This document shows, piece by piece, positions 1 through 9,501 of a DNA stretch of 64,000 bases (position 1 is its first letter; the number at the start of each line of letters is the position of its first letter). The notes beneath the pieces were generated by a model. It saw only the letters and a program-made list of their open reading frames with translations. It ran no database searches and was not told the origin of the DNA. Made by a program: the position numbers and the translations under genes. The stretch spans positions 1,451-65,450 of the forward strand of contig VFZN01000009.1 of assembly GCA_016871195.1 (NCBI GenBank), given 5' to 3'. The stretch is from Acidobacteriota bacterium. Its GTDB lineage: Bacteria > Acidobacteriota > Vicinamibacteria > Vicinamibacterales > UBA2999.

Positions 1-1074
1 GGTCGCGAGCCCGGCCGCAATCCGTATTATCGCCACCTCTACCGCGTCGACATGGACGGACAGAACCTGCGCCTGCTGACGCCGGAGGATGCGGACCACG
101 ACATCTCGCTCGCGCCCGATGGCCGCACGTTCGTGACCGTGGCGGCCACGCCCGACACGCCCCCGGTGGCGAGGCTGCGGAGCGCCACGGGCGAACTGCT
201 GCTGACGCTGGAGACGGCCGATATTACACGGCTCACCGCCGCCGGATGGCAGCCGCCGCAACGTATCACCGTGAAGGCGCGCGACGGTGTGACCGATCTG
301 CATGGGCTCATGTATCGGCCGACGCGCTTCGACCCCTCGCGCAAGTACCCCATCATCAACAACATCTATCCCGGTCCCCAGACCGGCAGTGTCGGTTCGC
401 GGCAGTTTGCCGCCTCACGCAGCGATACGCAGGCCCTCGCCGAACTCGGCTTCATCGTGGTGCAGATCGACGGCATGGGCACGCCCTGGCGGTCGAAGTC
501 GTTCCACGAGAAGTACTACGGCGACATGGGCGACAACACGCTGCCCGACCAGGTGGCCGGCATGAGGGAACTGGCCGCGCGGTACGCATTCATTGACCTC
601 AACCGCACCGGCATCTACGGCCACTCGGGGGGAGGATTTGCGACCGCGGGGGCGATGTTCCGGTATCCCGACTTTTTCAAGGTGGGTGTCTCGCAGGCGG
701 GCAACCACGAGAACCGGAATTACGAGGATGACTGGGCGGAAAAGTGGCAGGGACTGCTTGTGGCCAATCCGGATGGCACGACCAACTATGACAACCAGGC
801 CAACCAACTGGTGGCCCGGCAGCTGAAGGGCAAGCTGCTGCTGGCCCACGGGACGATGGACAGCAACGTGCCGATGTACGGGACGTTGCTGGTTGTCAAT
901 GAACTGATCAAGGCCAACAAGGACTTCGACCTGCTGCTGTTGCCCAACCGCGGCCATGGGTTCGGCAACGAGCCCTACATGATGCGGCGGCGCTGGGATT
1001 ACTTCGTGCAGCACCTGCTCGGTGTCACACCGCCCGTCGAGTTTGCGTTCACCTCGCCGACCGACCCGCGCTGA
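1..1074 (+). CDS. S9 family serine peptidase (dipeptidyl-peptidase IV-like), 5' end outside window
   Basis: Frame 1 is open from base 1 into track ORF 52..1074. Catalytic contexts GHSGGGF (Ser), HGTMDSNVP (Asp) and NRGHGF (His) are typical of the prolyl-oligopeptidase/DPP-IV alpha/beta-hydrolase domain. Confidence 0.85.
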   Translation, partial: GREPGRNPYYRHLYRVDMDGQNLRLLTPEDADHDISLAPDGRTFVTVAATPDTPPVARLRSATGELLLTLETADITRLTAAGWQPPQRITVKARDGVTDLHGLMYRPTRFDPSRKYPIINNIYPGPQTGSVGSRQFAASRSDTQALAELGFIVVQIDGMGTPWRSKSFHEKYYGDMGDNTLPDQVAGMRELAARYAFIDLNRTGIYGHSGGGFATAGAMFRYPDFFKVGVSQAGNHENRNYEDDWAEKWQGLLVANPDGTTNYDNQANQLVARQLKGKLLLAHGTMDSNVPMYGTLLVVNELIKANKDFDLLLLPNRGHGFGNEPYMMRRRWDYFVQHLLGVTPPVEFAFTSPTDPR

Positions 1075-1080
1075 GTTTAG

Positions 1081-1803
1081 GTGATGGACACGGCGCTGGC
1101 GGCCCTGCGGACCGCCCTGACCTACCTGGCCATCGTCAGCTACACGCTGCTGGCCGGGCCTGTGGGGCTGCTGATTGCGGTCCCGTTCCGGGTCAAGGGA
1201 CTGCTGTACGACCTGGGGCACGTGGGCGTGTGGATGACGCTTCGCACCTCAGGGATTCGGGTGACGGTTGAGGGACGCGAGCATCTTCGCCCATCCACGG
1301 CCGTGGTGTTCTGCGCCAACCACCAGAGCAACGTCGATCCCCCGGTGCTGTTCAGCGCGCTGCATCGCCGCCTGCATGTGCTCTACAAGGCCGAGCTCAA
1401 CCGGCTGCCGATCCTCGGCACGGTCTTCCAGGTGGGGGGCTACATTCCCGTGCCGCGGGAACAGAAAGAGGCGGCGCTGCGGGCCATCGAACTGGCGGCC
1501 GCATCGATTCGTCAGGGGAACTCCTTCCTGGTGTTCCCCGAGGGCACACGCAGCTGCTCCGACGAGATGCTGCCCTTCAAGCAGGGGGGCTTCGTGATGG
1601 CCATCCGGGCCCAGGCGCCCGTTGTGCCGGTGGCGATTTCCGGCGGACGCGATGCCATGCGGAAGGGCAGTGCGCTCATCTATCCTGCGCACGTGCGTGT
1701 GCGCATCGGGTCGCCCGTGCCCACCGCGGGTCTGACCCTCGATGACCGCGATGCCCTGATTGCCACGGTGTGCGAACGGATTGCCGCGATGCTGCGTCAG
1801 TAG
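1081..1803 (+). CDS. plsC: 1-acyl-sn-glycerol-3-phosphate acyltransferase
   Basis: NHQSNVDP (HX4D) and FPEGTRS acyltransferase motifs, with a hydrophobic N-terminus. 240 aa. Confidence 0.85.
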   Translation: MMDTALAALRTALTYLAIVSYTLLAGPVGLLIAVPFRVKGLLYDLGHVGVWMTLRTSGIRVTVEGREHLRPSTAVVFCANHQSNVDPPVLFSALHRRLHVLYKAELNRLPILGTVFQVGGYIPVPREQKEAALRAIELAAASIRQGNSFLVFPEGTRSCSDEMLPFKQGGFVMAIRAQAPVVPVAISGGRDAMRKGSALIYPAHVRVRIGSPVPTAGLTLDDRDALIATVCERIAAMLRQ

Positions 1804-1809
1804 AGGTGT

Positions 1810-3864
1810 ATGCGTCGCCGTCTGTCCGCGCTGCTGTGCCTGAGCCTCAGTGGTCTGCCTGTGCCGGCAGCGGCGGCGCCCGGGCCGTCATCGGGGGGCG
1901 CGCACGGCGGCGTGGCGACATCGACCACGACGCCCGCCTCGGCATCAGCATCCCCGGCAGTCGTTGACGCCCCGCAGGCTGCACCCGCATCGCCGACGCT
2001 CGCAGCCGCGGCGCAGTCGTCGCCTGCCCCTGCCACCACAGCACCCACGCGGTTTCCCCGTGTGAGGGAGGGCCGCACGCTGGTGCGGCTCGAGGCCTAT
2101 GTCACCCGGGACGGCGTTCCGGTCAGCGGACTACCCTCATCTGCCTTCACCGCCACGGAAGATGATGCGGACCAGGCGCTGGAAGAGGTGCTGGCCCTCG
2201 GAGCCCGCACCGCCGCCGGTGCCCTTCCCCGTCGGTTTGTGGTGTGGCTCGACCGTTGGCATCTCGCGGCGTCGACCGATCTGACCGCGGTAGCACAACT
2301 CATCGACTCGGTGGTGGGCGCGGCTGACCAGGTGGCGATCGTCACGCCAGATACACGCCCGGCCGAACTCGTCTTCTCTGCGCGCGGGGCGGGACTCGGC
2401 CAGGTGCTGACCGACGCCATGGCCTGGGCACCCGACGAACGCGACCCGGCAGGCCTCGATCTCGAGCGGCGGTGCTTTGCCGACGGACGAGGGGGCGCAG
2501 CCGTCACTGAGGAACTGACGGCACGGCGACGCGAGCAGGAGACGCTGCGTGCTTTCAATGCCACCCTGACCCAGCTTGAGGACGTGCGCGAGGGGCGCAC
2601 CTTCGTGCTGCTGGTGTCTGACGGCTGGGCCATGTTCAAGGCCAACGACCGGGTGGAAGATGCCACGCTCAGTGACGAGTGCCAGCGTGAGCGCACGCGG
2701 CTGGCGTACATCGATCACGAATTCGAAACGCGCATGACCACGCAGCGGGCCAACCGAGCGACGGTCTCGGTGTATCCGGTGCGACCATCGGCCTTGCGCG
2801 TGACCATCGATGCCGGGTCGCCGACGACCAGCGTGGTGGAACGCCGCGTCGAGTCGCTCCGCACAATCGGCCAGCTGACCGATGCGACGGCGCTCGTCTT
2901 GCCCGCCGACCGCGACGCCTGGCTGCAGCGTATACGGAGCGACGCCGGTGCCTCGTATCTGATCAGCTATTACTCGTCCAACACCACGTTCGATGGGCGG
3001 TTCCGTCGCGTTACGGTCGAGGTGGCGGCCGAGGGTGCCGATGTGCGGACGCGCCTTGGCTATCTGGCGCTCACCGATGCCGAGGCGCGTGCCACGGGCG
3101 TGGTGACGACGCCGGTGCTGGGGCCGGGGGGGCGTAAGCTGCCTCCGCCGGCCGTGACGCGCGCCCTCGACCGGCTGGGGCCGGCATCGGGACGAGCGCT
3201 CTCGCCGCTGCGCGTGCAGGTGGTGGGCTTCACGTCGACGCTGCGGGCGGTGGTCGAACTCGAGGCAACGGCGGCCCGCCTGCCCGAGTGGCAGGCCGGC
3301 ATGACCGTGCAGGTACTGATCGAATCAGACAAGGGGGGCAGTCCGGTGGTGCTGCAGGGCGAGATGCGTCCCAGCCAGCGCGTGCTCACCGTCGAGGGAC
3401 CTGATGCGGATGAACCGTTGGCGCCGGGTCGCTACATCGTGCGCGTGGAAGGCCGTCCCCTGCGGACCACTGCAGGCGGCGGTACTGTGCGTGCGTCTGG
3501 CGACGTGGTGCTGGGCGCCGCGGCCACCCGCTTCGGCTCGGGCCTGCAACTGCTGCGGCGCAGCCCGTCGACGGGGCTGGCGTATGTGGCCACGGCTGAT
3601 TCCCGCTATCGGCGCACCGATCGGCTACGTCTGGAAGTGCCGGTACTCGGGGTGGGCGAGGCGGCCGTGACGGCGCGCGTGCTGACCCGCGAAGGCGAAC
3701 CGCTGCCGCTCGTCGTGACCATGAGTGAGCGCACCGATGCCGGGACCGGCGTGCGCTGGGCGGTCGGGGACGTGACGCTCGCCCCGCTGGCGCAGGGCGA
3801 GTATGTCGTCGAGTTCAAACTCGGCAGCGAAGTCACGGCGTACGGTCTCCGCATCGTTCCGTAG
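1810..3864 (+). CDS. Secreted hypothetical protein with vWA-like domain (acidobacterial VWFA-related type)
   Basis: ATG at 1810 lies 1 nt after GAGGTG. Signal-like N-terminus, then an Ala/Pro/Ser low-complexity linker and a vWA-like core (RFVVWLDRWH ... FVLLVSDGW). Function not assignable. Confidence 0.6.
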   Translation: MRRRLSALLCLSLSGLPVPAAAAPGPSSGGAHGGVATSTTTPASASASPAVVDAPQAAPASPTLAAAAQSSPAPATTAPTRFPRVREGRTLVRLEAYVTRDGVPVSGLPSSAFTATEDDADQALEEVLALGARTAAGALPRRFVVWLDRWHLAASTDLTAVAQLIDSVVGAADQVAIVTPDTRPAELVFSARGAGLGQVLTDAMAWAPDERDPAGLDLERRCFADGRGGAAVTEELTARRREQETLRAFNATLTQLEDVREGRTFVLLVSDGWAMFKANDRVEDATLSDECQRERTRLAYIDHEFETRMTTQRANRATVSVYPVRPSALRVTIDAGSPTTSVVERRVESLRTIGQLTDATALVLPADRDAWLQRIRSDAGASYLISYYSSNTTFDGRFRRVTVEVAAEGADVRTRLGYLALTDAEARATGVVTTPVLGPGGRKLPPPAVTRALDRLGPASGRALSPLRVQVVGFTSTLRAVVELEATAARLPEWQAGMTVQVLIESDKGGSPVVLQGEMRPSQRVLTVEGPDADEPLAPGRYIVRVEGRPLRTTAGGGTVRASGDVVLGAAATRFGSGLQLLRRSPSTGLAYVATADSRYRRTDRLRLEVPVLGVGEAAVTARVLTREGEPLPLVVTMSERTDAGTGVRWAVGDVTLAPLAQGEYVVEFKLGSEVTAYGLRIVP

Positions 3865-3939
3865 CGGCACCGGCCGGTCGGGCGGGCTCCGAGCGCGTAC
3901 GCCCGCGCGCAGTCGGACACTACACGCGTGCTCCTCGCG

Positions 3940-5907
3940 TCACTGCAGCGGGCGCTTGGCGTAGCGTGCCAGAATCACGGCCAGCGCGAAGAACAACGCC
4001 GCCCCTGCGACATTGCCGACGAGCCCTTCTTCCCTCAGGAAGGGCAGGGCATTCCCCACCGCCTGCAGCGTGCCCAGCACGTTGATCCCCGACTGCTGCG
4101 CACCCACCAGCACGGCGAACAGGATGCCGGCGAGCGACCCGCCGGCGATGAGGCCCGACGAAAACAGCGTCCCAGCGCTGATGTCCGAGTCGGCCTGCGT
4201 GCCGGTGCTGCGCTCGACCCACCACCTGACGAGACCACCCATGAAGATTGGCGCGGTGGTGGCGATGGGCAGATAGGCGCCGACGGCAAACGACAGCGAG
4301 TGAATTCCGCACAGTTCCAGCGTCACCGAAATGAAAACGCCGACCAGCACGAGGCCCCACGGCAGGTTCTGTGACAGCAGGCCCTTGATGAGTGTGGCCA
4401 TCAGCGTCGCCTGCGGCGCGGCGACGGCAGCCGACCCGATGCCGAACACCTGATGCATGTAGAGCACGGTGGCCCCGATGATGAAAGCCGAGGTGACGAC
4501 ACCAATGGCCAGCCCCATCTGCTGCGCGAGCGGCGTGGCCCCCACCAGATAGCCCGTCTTGAGGTCCTGCGAGGTGTTACCGGCATTGGCCGAGGCGATG
4601 CACACCAGCGCCCCCACCGAGATGGCCACCGGCGCGTAGGCATCACCGGTCCAGCCCAGCGTCACGAAGATCACGCACGTGATGATGAGGGTGGCGATGG
4701 TCATGCCGGAAATCGGATTCGACGAGGACCCGATGAGGCCGGTGATGCGCGAGGACACGGTTGCAAAGAAGAAGCCGAAGAGCACAATCAGCACCGAGAC
4801 GAGGATGTTGCCCTGCGTCGGCAGGCCGGGCATGACGGCGAGAAACACCGCCAGCGCCAGCGATCCGCCCAGCACCACCGTGATGGGGACGTCACGTTCG
4901 GTGCGGCGCTGTGGGCCGTCGTTACCGGTGCCCAGGCCCTTCAGTCCCTCGCGCGCCGACGACACAATCGTCGGCAGCGTGCGGCCAAGGGTGATGAGCC
5001 CGGCCGCAAGCACGGCACCCGCGCCGATGTAGCGGATGTAAGCGCTCCAGATCTGCCCGGGTCCCATTTCGGAGATGAGGTACGGCATGCCGGTTGCCGG
5101 ATTGCTGGCCAGGGCCGGTGCGATCGGAGGAAACGGCGTGGGAATGGCTGCGCCCAGCAGTGACAGCAGCGGCAGCAGCACCAGCCACGACAGTACGCCG
5201 CCGGCGACCATCGTCCCCGCAATGCGTGGCCCGATGACGTAGCCGACGCCCATGTATTCGGGCGAGATGTCGACGGCCACCGTGGCGTTGGGGAACTGGC
5301 TCGTGCGCGGTGTCGAATAGCCGACTTCCGCAAGGAACAGGTTGAAGATGCCCGTGAATGACTTCCAGAGGGCGCCGATGGCCAGTCCGCTGAAGACCAG
5401 CGAGGCCAGTTGACCGCCGCGCTCACCAGCGACCAACACCTCGGCACACGCGGTGCCTTCCGGGTAGGGCAGCACCCCGTGTTCCTTGACAATCAACGCA
5501 CGGCGCAGCGGCACCATCATCAGCACCCCGAGGATGCCGCCCGCAAACGCCAGCATCGTGATCTGGGTATAGGTGAAGTATTTCGGTCCCTCAGGCATAA
5601 GGAAAATCAGCGCCGGAATCGTGAAGACTACGCCGCCGGCCACCGACTCACCCGCCGACCCGATGGTCTGGACGATATTGTTTTCGAGGATGGTGGATCC
5701 CCCCAGGCGCTTCAGGACCGAGATGGCCAGCACCGCGATGGGAATGGAGGCGCTGACGGTCAGGCCCGCGCGGAGGCCGAGGTAGACCGTCGAGGCACCG
5801 AACAGCAGCCCGAACAGCACTCCGAGGATGACGGCCTTCGCGGTGAACTCGGCCATCGACTGTGCATCCCGGACGTAGGGCGTGAATGACTTCTGGGGGT
5901 CGGCCAT
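3940..5907 (-). CDS. OPT family oligopeptide transporter
   Basis: 655-aa polytopic membrane protein. The N-terminus (FTAKAVILGVLFGLLFGASTVYLGLRAGLTVSASIP) and GSAGESVAGGVVFTIPAL match the bacterial OPT family pattern. Confidence 0.85.
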   Translation of the reverse strand: MADPQKSFTPYVRDAQSMAEFTAKAVILGVLFGLLFGASTVYLGLRAGLTVSASIPIAVLAISVLKRLGGSTILENNIVQTIGSAGESVAGGVVFTIPALIFLMPEGPKYFTYTQITMLAFAGGILGVLMMVPLRRALIVKEHGVLPYPEGTACAEVLVAGERGGQLASLVFSGLAIGALWKSFTGIFNLFLAEVGYSTPRTSQFPNATVAVDISPEYMGVGYVIGPRIAGTMVAGGVLSWLVLLPLLSLLGAAIPTPFPPIAPALASNPATGMPYLISEMGPGQIWSAYIRYIGAGAVLAAGLITLGRTLPTIVSSAREGLKGLGTGNDGPQRRTERDVPITVVLGGSLALAVFLAVMPGLPTQGNILVSVLIVLFGFFFATVSSRITGLIGSSSNPISGMTIATLIITCVIFVTLGWTGDAYAPVAISVGALVCIASANAGNTSQDLKTGYLVGATPLAQQMGLAIGVVTSAFIIGATVLYMHQVFGIGSAAVAAPQATLMATLIKGLLSQNLPWGLVLVGVFISVTLELCGIHSLSFAVGAYLPIATTAPIFMGGLVRWWVERSTGTQADSDISAGTLFSSGLIAGGSLAGILFAVLVGAQQSGINVLGTLQAVGNALPFLREEGLVGNVAGAALFFALAVILARYAKRPLQ

Positions 5908-5962
5908 GGGCGGGGATGATAGCAGGGTCCGCGGTCGTCGAGTTTGCTATCCTGAGGCCCTT

Positions 5963-6631
5963 GTGAAAACCGGGAACAAGCGGCGGCCCGTGACCGAGCA
6001 GGTCCCGGAACTGACCACCAATCGGCTGTCGATCTATCTGCGGTGCCTGACCCGGCTTGAGCAGGCGGGCGTCGAGACGGTGTCGTCCAAGGCACTCGCC
6101 GAGCAGTTCCACCTGAATGCGGCACAGATCAGGAAGGATCTCGCCTATTTCGGGGAATTCGGTGTGCGCGGCGTGGGCTATGTCGTCAGGGACCTGCGCC
6201 AGCAGCTGCGAAAGATTCTCGGGCTCGACCATCGCCTTAAGGTTGTGGTTTTGGGTGCCGGCAAGCTGGGGCAGGCGCTGGCCGACTATCCTGGATTTGG
6301 CCGCGAGGGATTCGAAATTGTAGCGATGTTCGACACCGATCCCGCGAAGGTGGGGCAGCACTCGCGCAGTGGCATTCCCATTCTGCACAGCCGGACCCTG
6401 CGAGCATTTGCGACCCGCACCGGCATCGACATCGCCGTCCTGGCCGTGCCCGGAGAGGTGGCCCAGGAGGTGCTCGACCTCATCGTCACCGCAGGCGTGC
6501 GGGCGGTGCTCAACTTTTCGCCGGGCAGCCTGCGGGTGTCGGACGCCGTCAAGCTCAAGCACGTCGACCTGACCGTCTCACTCGAGGGGCTGTCGTTCTT
6601 TCTGGCGCATGGAGGTGAGGATGGCGCGTAA
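5963..6631 (+). CDS. rex: Redox-sensing transcriptional repressor Rex
   Basis: RLSIYLRCL...SSKALAEQFHLNAAQIRKDLAYFGEFGVRGVGY winged-helix region plus Rossmann VVVLGAGKLG. I prefer the in-frame GTG at 5963 because track start 5882 would overlap the divergent OPT gene. Confidence 0.85.
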   Translation: MKTGNKRRPVTEQVPELTTNRLSIYLRCLTRLEQAGVETVSSKALAEQFHLNAAQIRKDLAYFGEFGVRGVGYVVRDLRQQLRKILGLDHRLKVVVLGAGKLGQALADYPGFGREGFEIVAMFDTDPAKVGQHSRSGIPILHSRTLRAFATRTGIDIAVLAVPGEVAQEVLDLIVTAGVRAVLNFSPGSLRVSDAVKLKHVDLTVSLEGLSFFLAHGGEDGA

Positions 6632-7127
6632 GGCGTCCGCAGGGGCCCGTAGGCCCGCGCAACTGACGCATGTGGGCGCCGATGGGGAGCCCCGGATGGT
6701 CGATGTCGGCGATAAGGCCGTGACTGACCGCGAGGCCGTGGCCCGGGCAAGCATCCACATGTCCGCAGAGGCACGGCGTCTCATCCGGAGCGGTGCCGTG
6801 CGGAAGGGCGATCCGCTGCAGGCGGCACGCCTGGCAGGCATCCTGGCGGCCAAGCGCACGAGCGAGCTGATTCCGCTCTGCCATCCGCTGCTGCTGACGC
6901 ACATCGCGGTCGACCTGTCACCGACGCCCACCGGCTACCGCATCGAGGCGCGCGTGCGCACGAGTGGGCAGACCGGCGTCGAGATGGAAGCCCTCACGGC
7001 CGTCACGGTCGCGGCGCTCACCGTGTATGACATGGTGAAGGCGGCCGACAAGGGGATGGTGATTGGTGAGGTACACCTGGTGTCGAAGCGCGGAGGGCGC
7101 GGCGGCACCTATCGGCGGCCGCGCTGA
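6621..7127 (+). CDS. moaC: Cyclic pyranopterin monophosphate synthase MoaC
   Basis: MVDVGDK...LIPLCHPLLLTHI...TGVEMEALTAV are MoaC signatures. ATG 6621 is preceded by GGAGGTGAGG; the track start is 6609. It overlaps the rex stop (TAA 6629-6631). Confidence 0.9.
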   Translation: MARKASAGARRPAQLTHVGADGEPRMVDVGDKAVTDREAVARASIHMSAEARRLIRSGAVRKGDPLQAARLAGILAAKRTSELIPLCHPLLLTHIAVDLSPTPTGYRIEARVRTSGQTGVEMEALTAVTVAALTVYDMVKAADKGMVIGEVHLVSKRGGRGGTYRRPR

Positions 7128-8110
7128 TGCAGGTGCTGATCTCCATTCAGCAGCGAGTGCCGCAGTGGCAGATTCCCGAGGGCATGGCCCGGGCGCTCAT
7201 GGCACGCCGCCCCGATCTGCAGTTCACGTACGCCACGACGGATGAGATGCGCCGCGAGGGCCTGCGCACGGCCGAGGTGGCATTCACCTGGATCCTGAGC
7301 GAGCACGAACTGACCGAGGCCCCGCGCCTCCAGTGGGTGCACACCTCGGCCGTCGCGGTCGAGACGCTGTGCCTGACGGCGCTGACGGCGCGCGGCGTCC
7401 GCGTGAGTAACACGCGGGGCGTCCAGGCCGTGCCGATTGCGGAACACGTGCTGGCGATGCTGCTGGCGTTCAGCAAGCAGGTGCCGTTTCTGCTGGAACG
7501 CCAGCGTGAGGCCCGGTGGGCGCAGGCGGAATGCACCGGGCCGCGGCTGCCGTGGCTGCTGCAGGGACGCACGCTGGCCCTGGTCGGGCTCGGCACCATC
7601 GGCGAAGCTCTGGCGGCACGCGCCGCGGCGCTTGGCATGCGCGTCATCGCGCAGCGGCGCGACCCCGCCGGTCGTGTGGTGGACGGTGTGGCGGAGGTGT
7701 TCGGTCCCGCCGACCTTCACGCCATGCTGTCGCAGGCTGATGCCGTCGTGGTGGCGGCCCCGCTGACGCCGGCAACGGCGGGGATGTTCGACACCGCGGC
7801 GTTTGCGGCTATGAAGCCTGGCAGCGTGTTCATCAATGTCGGGCGCGCGCGCATGGTCGACACCGAGGCGCTGATGGCCGCACTCGAGAGCGGACAGCTG
7901 TCGGGGGCCAGCCTCGATGTGTTTCCTGAAGAGCCCCTGCCAGCGGCACATCCGCTGTGGCGTTGCCCCAACGTGGTCCTGACCCCGCATACTTCGGGTT
8001 TCCGGCAGGGGCACTGGGATGAGGTGGTGGCGGTGTTTGAGGAGAACCTCGACCGGTTTCTCAGTGGCCGGCCACTCCGCTACGAAGTGCAGCCGGCCCG
8101 CGGTTACTGA
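7127..8110 (+). CDS. D-isomer-specific 2-hydroxyacid dehydrogenase family protein
   Basis: NAD-binding LALVGLGTIGEALA motif and a conserved TPHTSG catalytic-His region. The start overlaps the moaC stop (TGATG at 7125-7129). Confidence 0.8.
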   Translation: MQVLISIQQRVPQWQIPEGMARALMARRPDLQFTYATTDEMRREGLRTAEVAFTWILSEHELTEAPRLQWVHTSAVAVETLCLTALTARGVRVSNTRGVQAVPIAEHVLAMLLAFSKQVPFLLERQREARWAQAECTGPRLPWLLQGRTLALVGLGTIGEALAARAAALGMRVIAQRRDPAGRVVDGVAEVFGPADLHAMLSQADAVVVAAPLTPATAGMFDTAAFAAMKPGSVFINVGRARMVDTEALMAALESGQLSGASLDVFPEEPLPAAHPLWRCPNVVLTPHTSGFRQGHWDEVVAVFEENLDRFLSGRPLRYEVQPARGY

Positions 8111-8155
8111 GGCCCGGGTGCCGCCATCGGGGTGCCTGGGTGGTGGCTGCCGGGT

Positions 8156-8965
8156 TCAGAACACGGTGGCGGCAGGAATCGGCCACCACCGCACCTGCAC
8201 GCGGCCGATGATGTATTTCTTCGGAACAAAGCCCCAGTGCCGGCTGTCGGAACTGTTGTTCCGGTGGTCACCCATCACGAAGTAGTAACCCTCGGGCACG
8301 ACCTGCGGGCCCCATTCATCGTGGCTGCGGAACTCGGGAGGAATCTGGTCGTCGGGTAGGGGGACATCGTTGACGAAGACCTGACCATCGACCACCCGCA
8401 CCATGTCACCTTCCTCGGCAATGACGCGCTTGACGTACGACTTGTCGGGGTCGAGCGGGTAGTACAGCATCACGATGTCGCCGCGCTGCGGTTCACCGAG
8501 CCGGTAGGCCAGCTTGTTGACGATGAGGCGGTCGCGGTCTTCAAGCGTGGGGGCCATGCTCTGTCCGTCGACCCGTGCCACCTGAAACAGGAAGGTGACG
8601 ATGAGCGTGGCGTAGACGGCCGCTGACGCGAAGACGCGCACCCAGGCCGTGAACTCGTCCCACCAGCCCTGTAGACGGACCCGGAGATCGACAGGGGCCG
8701 GTGGCGCGGCGGTCTCGAGTGGAGGTGCCACCGGAGCGGTGGCCTCGTGGTCTGGCGGGGCGGCCTCGACCCCGTGTGACTCGACCGCCTCCGCGGCGAT
8801 GGGTTCAGGCGCCTCGGCCCCGGTCGCATCGGCTGCGACTCGAGACTCGTCGGTGGCGGGCAGGGCCTCCGGAGTGGCGGGCGGAACTGTCAGGGGTGAG
8901 GCGGCGGCTGCATCGAGCGAGGTGATGCTGTCCGGGGCTTCCTCGGGAAGCGGAGACAATGACAC
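8156..8965 (-). CDS. lepB: Signal peptidase I with long Ala/Pro-rich N-terminal extension
   Basis: GQSMAPTL (Ser box), YVKRVIA (Lys box) and GDHRNNSSDSRHWGFVP. GTG start at 8965 as in the track; the true start is uncertain. Confidence 0.8.
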   Translation of the reverse strand: MSLSPLPEEAPDSITSLDAAAASPLTVPPATPEALPATDESRVAADATGAEAPEPIAAEAVESHGVEAAPPDHEATAPVAPPLETAAPPAPVDLRVRLQGWWDEFTAWVRVFASAAVYATLIVTFLFQVARVDGQSMAPTLEDRDRLIVNKLAYRLGEPQRGDIVMLYYPLDPDKSYVKRVIAEEGDMVRVVDGQVFVNDVPLPDDQIPPEFRSHDEWGPQVVPEGYYFVMGDHRNNSSDSRHWGFVPKKYIIGRVQVRWWPIPAATVF

Positions 8966-9010
8966 GACGCCTTCATTCTAAACCAGAGGTTCGGGTGGTA
9001 TCATTCCTCC

Positions 9011-9454
9011 ATGCTGAAGCCGCTCCTCGAAGGGTTTGCCCTGACCTTCAAGCACATCTTCCGTCGACCCATTACGGTGAACTATCCCGACGTCAAGGTG
9101 CCGATGTTTCCCAAGTACCGCGGGAAGCAGGTGCTGATGCGCGATGAGAATGGCCTCGAAAAGTGTGTGGCCTGCGGGCTCTGCTCGGTGGCCTGCCCGG
9201 CGGATGCGATTTACCTTGAGGCGGCCGAGAACGATGGCACCGTGATGGCCGGCCCGCGCTACGCGTCGGTCTACCAGATCCACAAGACGCGCTGCATTTT
9301 CTGTGGCTACTGTGAAGAGGCGTGCCCGGTGTCGGCCATCTTCATGGGCAAGGACTACGAACTGGCCGTCTACAGCAAAGACGACTTCATCTGGGACAAG
9401 ACCGAACTGCTCGTGCCGGCGGCGGCCGACCAGAAGGCACCCCTGCAGGCCTGA
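9011..9454 (+). CDS. nuoI: NADH-quinone oxidoreductase subunit I-like 2x[4Fe-4S] ferredoxin
   Basis: Two CxxCxxCxxxCP clusters (CVACGLCSVACP, CIFCGYCEEACP) and the NuoI-type N-terminus (TFKHIFRRPITVNYP). No other nuo genes are adjacent. Confidence 0.8.
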   Translation: MLKPLLEGFALTFKHIFRRPITVNYPDVKVPMFPKYRGKQVLMRDENGLEKCVACGLCSVACPADAIYLEAAENDGTVMAGPRYASVYQIHKTRCIFCGYCEEACPVSAIFMGKDYELAVYSKDDFIWDKTELLVPAAADQKAPLQA

Positions 9455-9460
9455 TCCTGC

Positions 9461-9486
9461 GGGCCGCTGCCTGACGGCAGGGGCCC
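9461..9486 (+). terminator. Possible hairpin after nuoI
   Basis: Imperfect GC-rich stem (core CTGCC/GGCAG, loop tgac, bulged outer GGG/CCC pairs) beginning 7 nt after the TGA at 9452-9454. No U-tract. Confidence 0.3.
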
Positions 9487-9501
9487 CGTCCCCCCTTCAC
9501 C

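Noticed and set aside
5961-5979. Possible Rex operator overlapping the rex start (TTGTGAAAACCGGGAACAA)
   Set aside because: Only the left half-site TTGTGAA matches the TTGTGAA-N4-TTCACAA consensus. The right half is poor (GGAACAA), so I do not call it.
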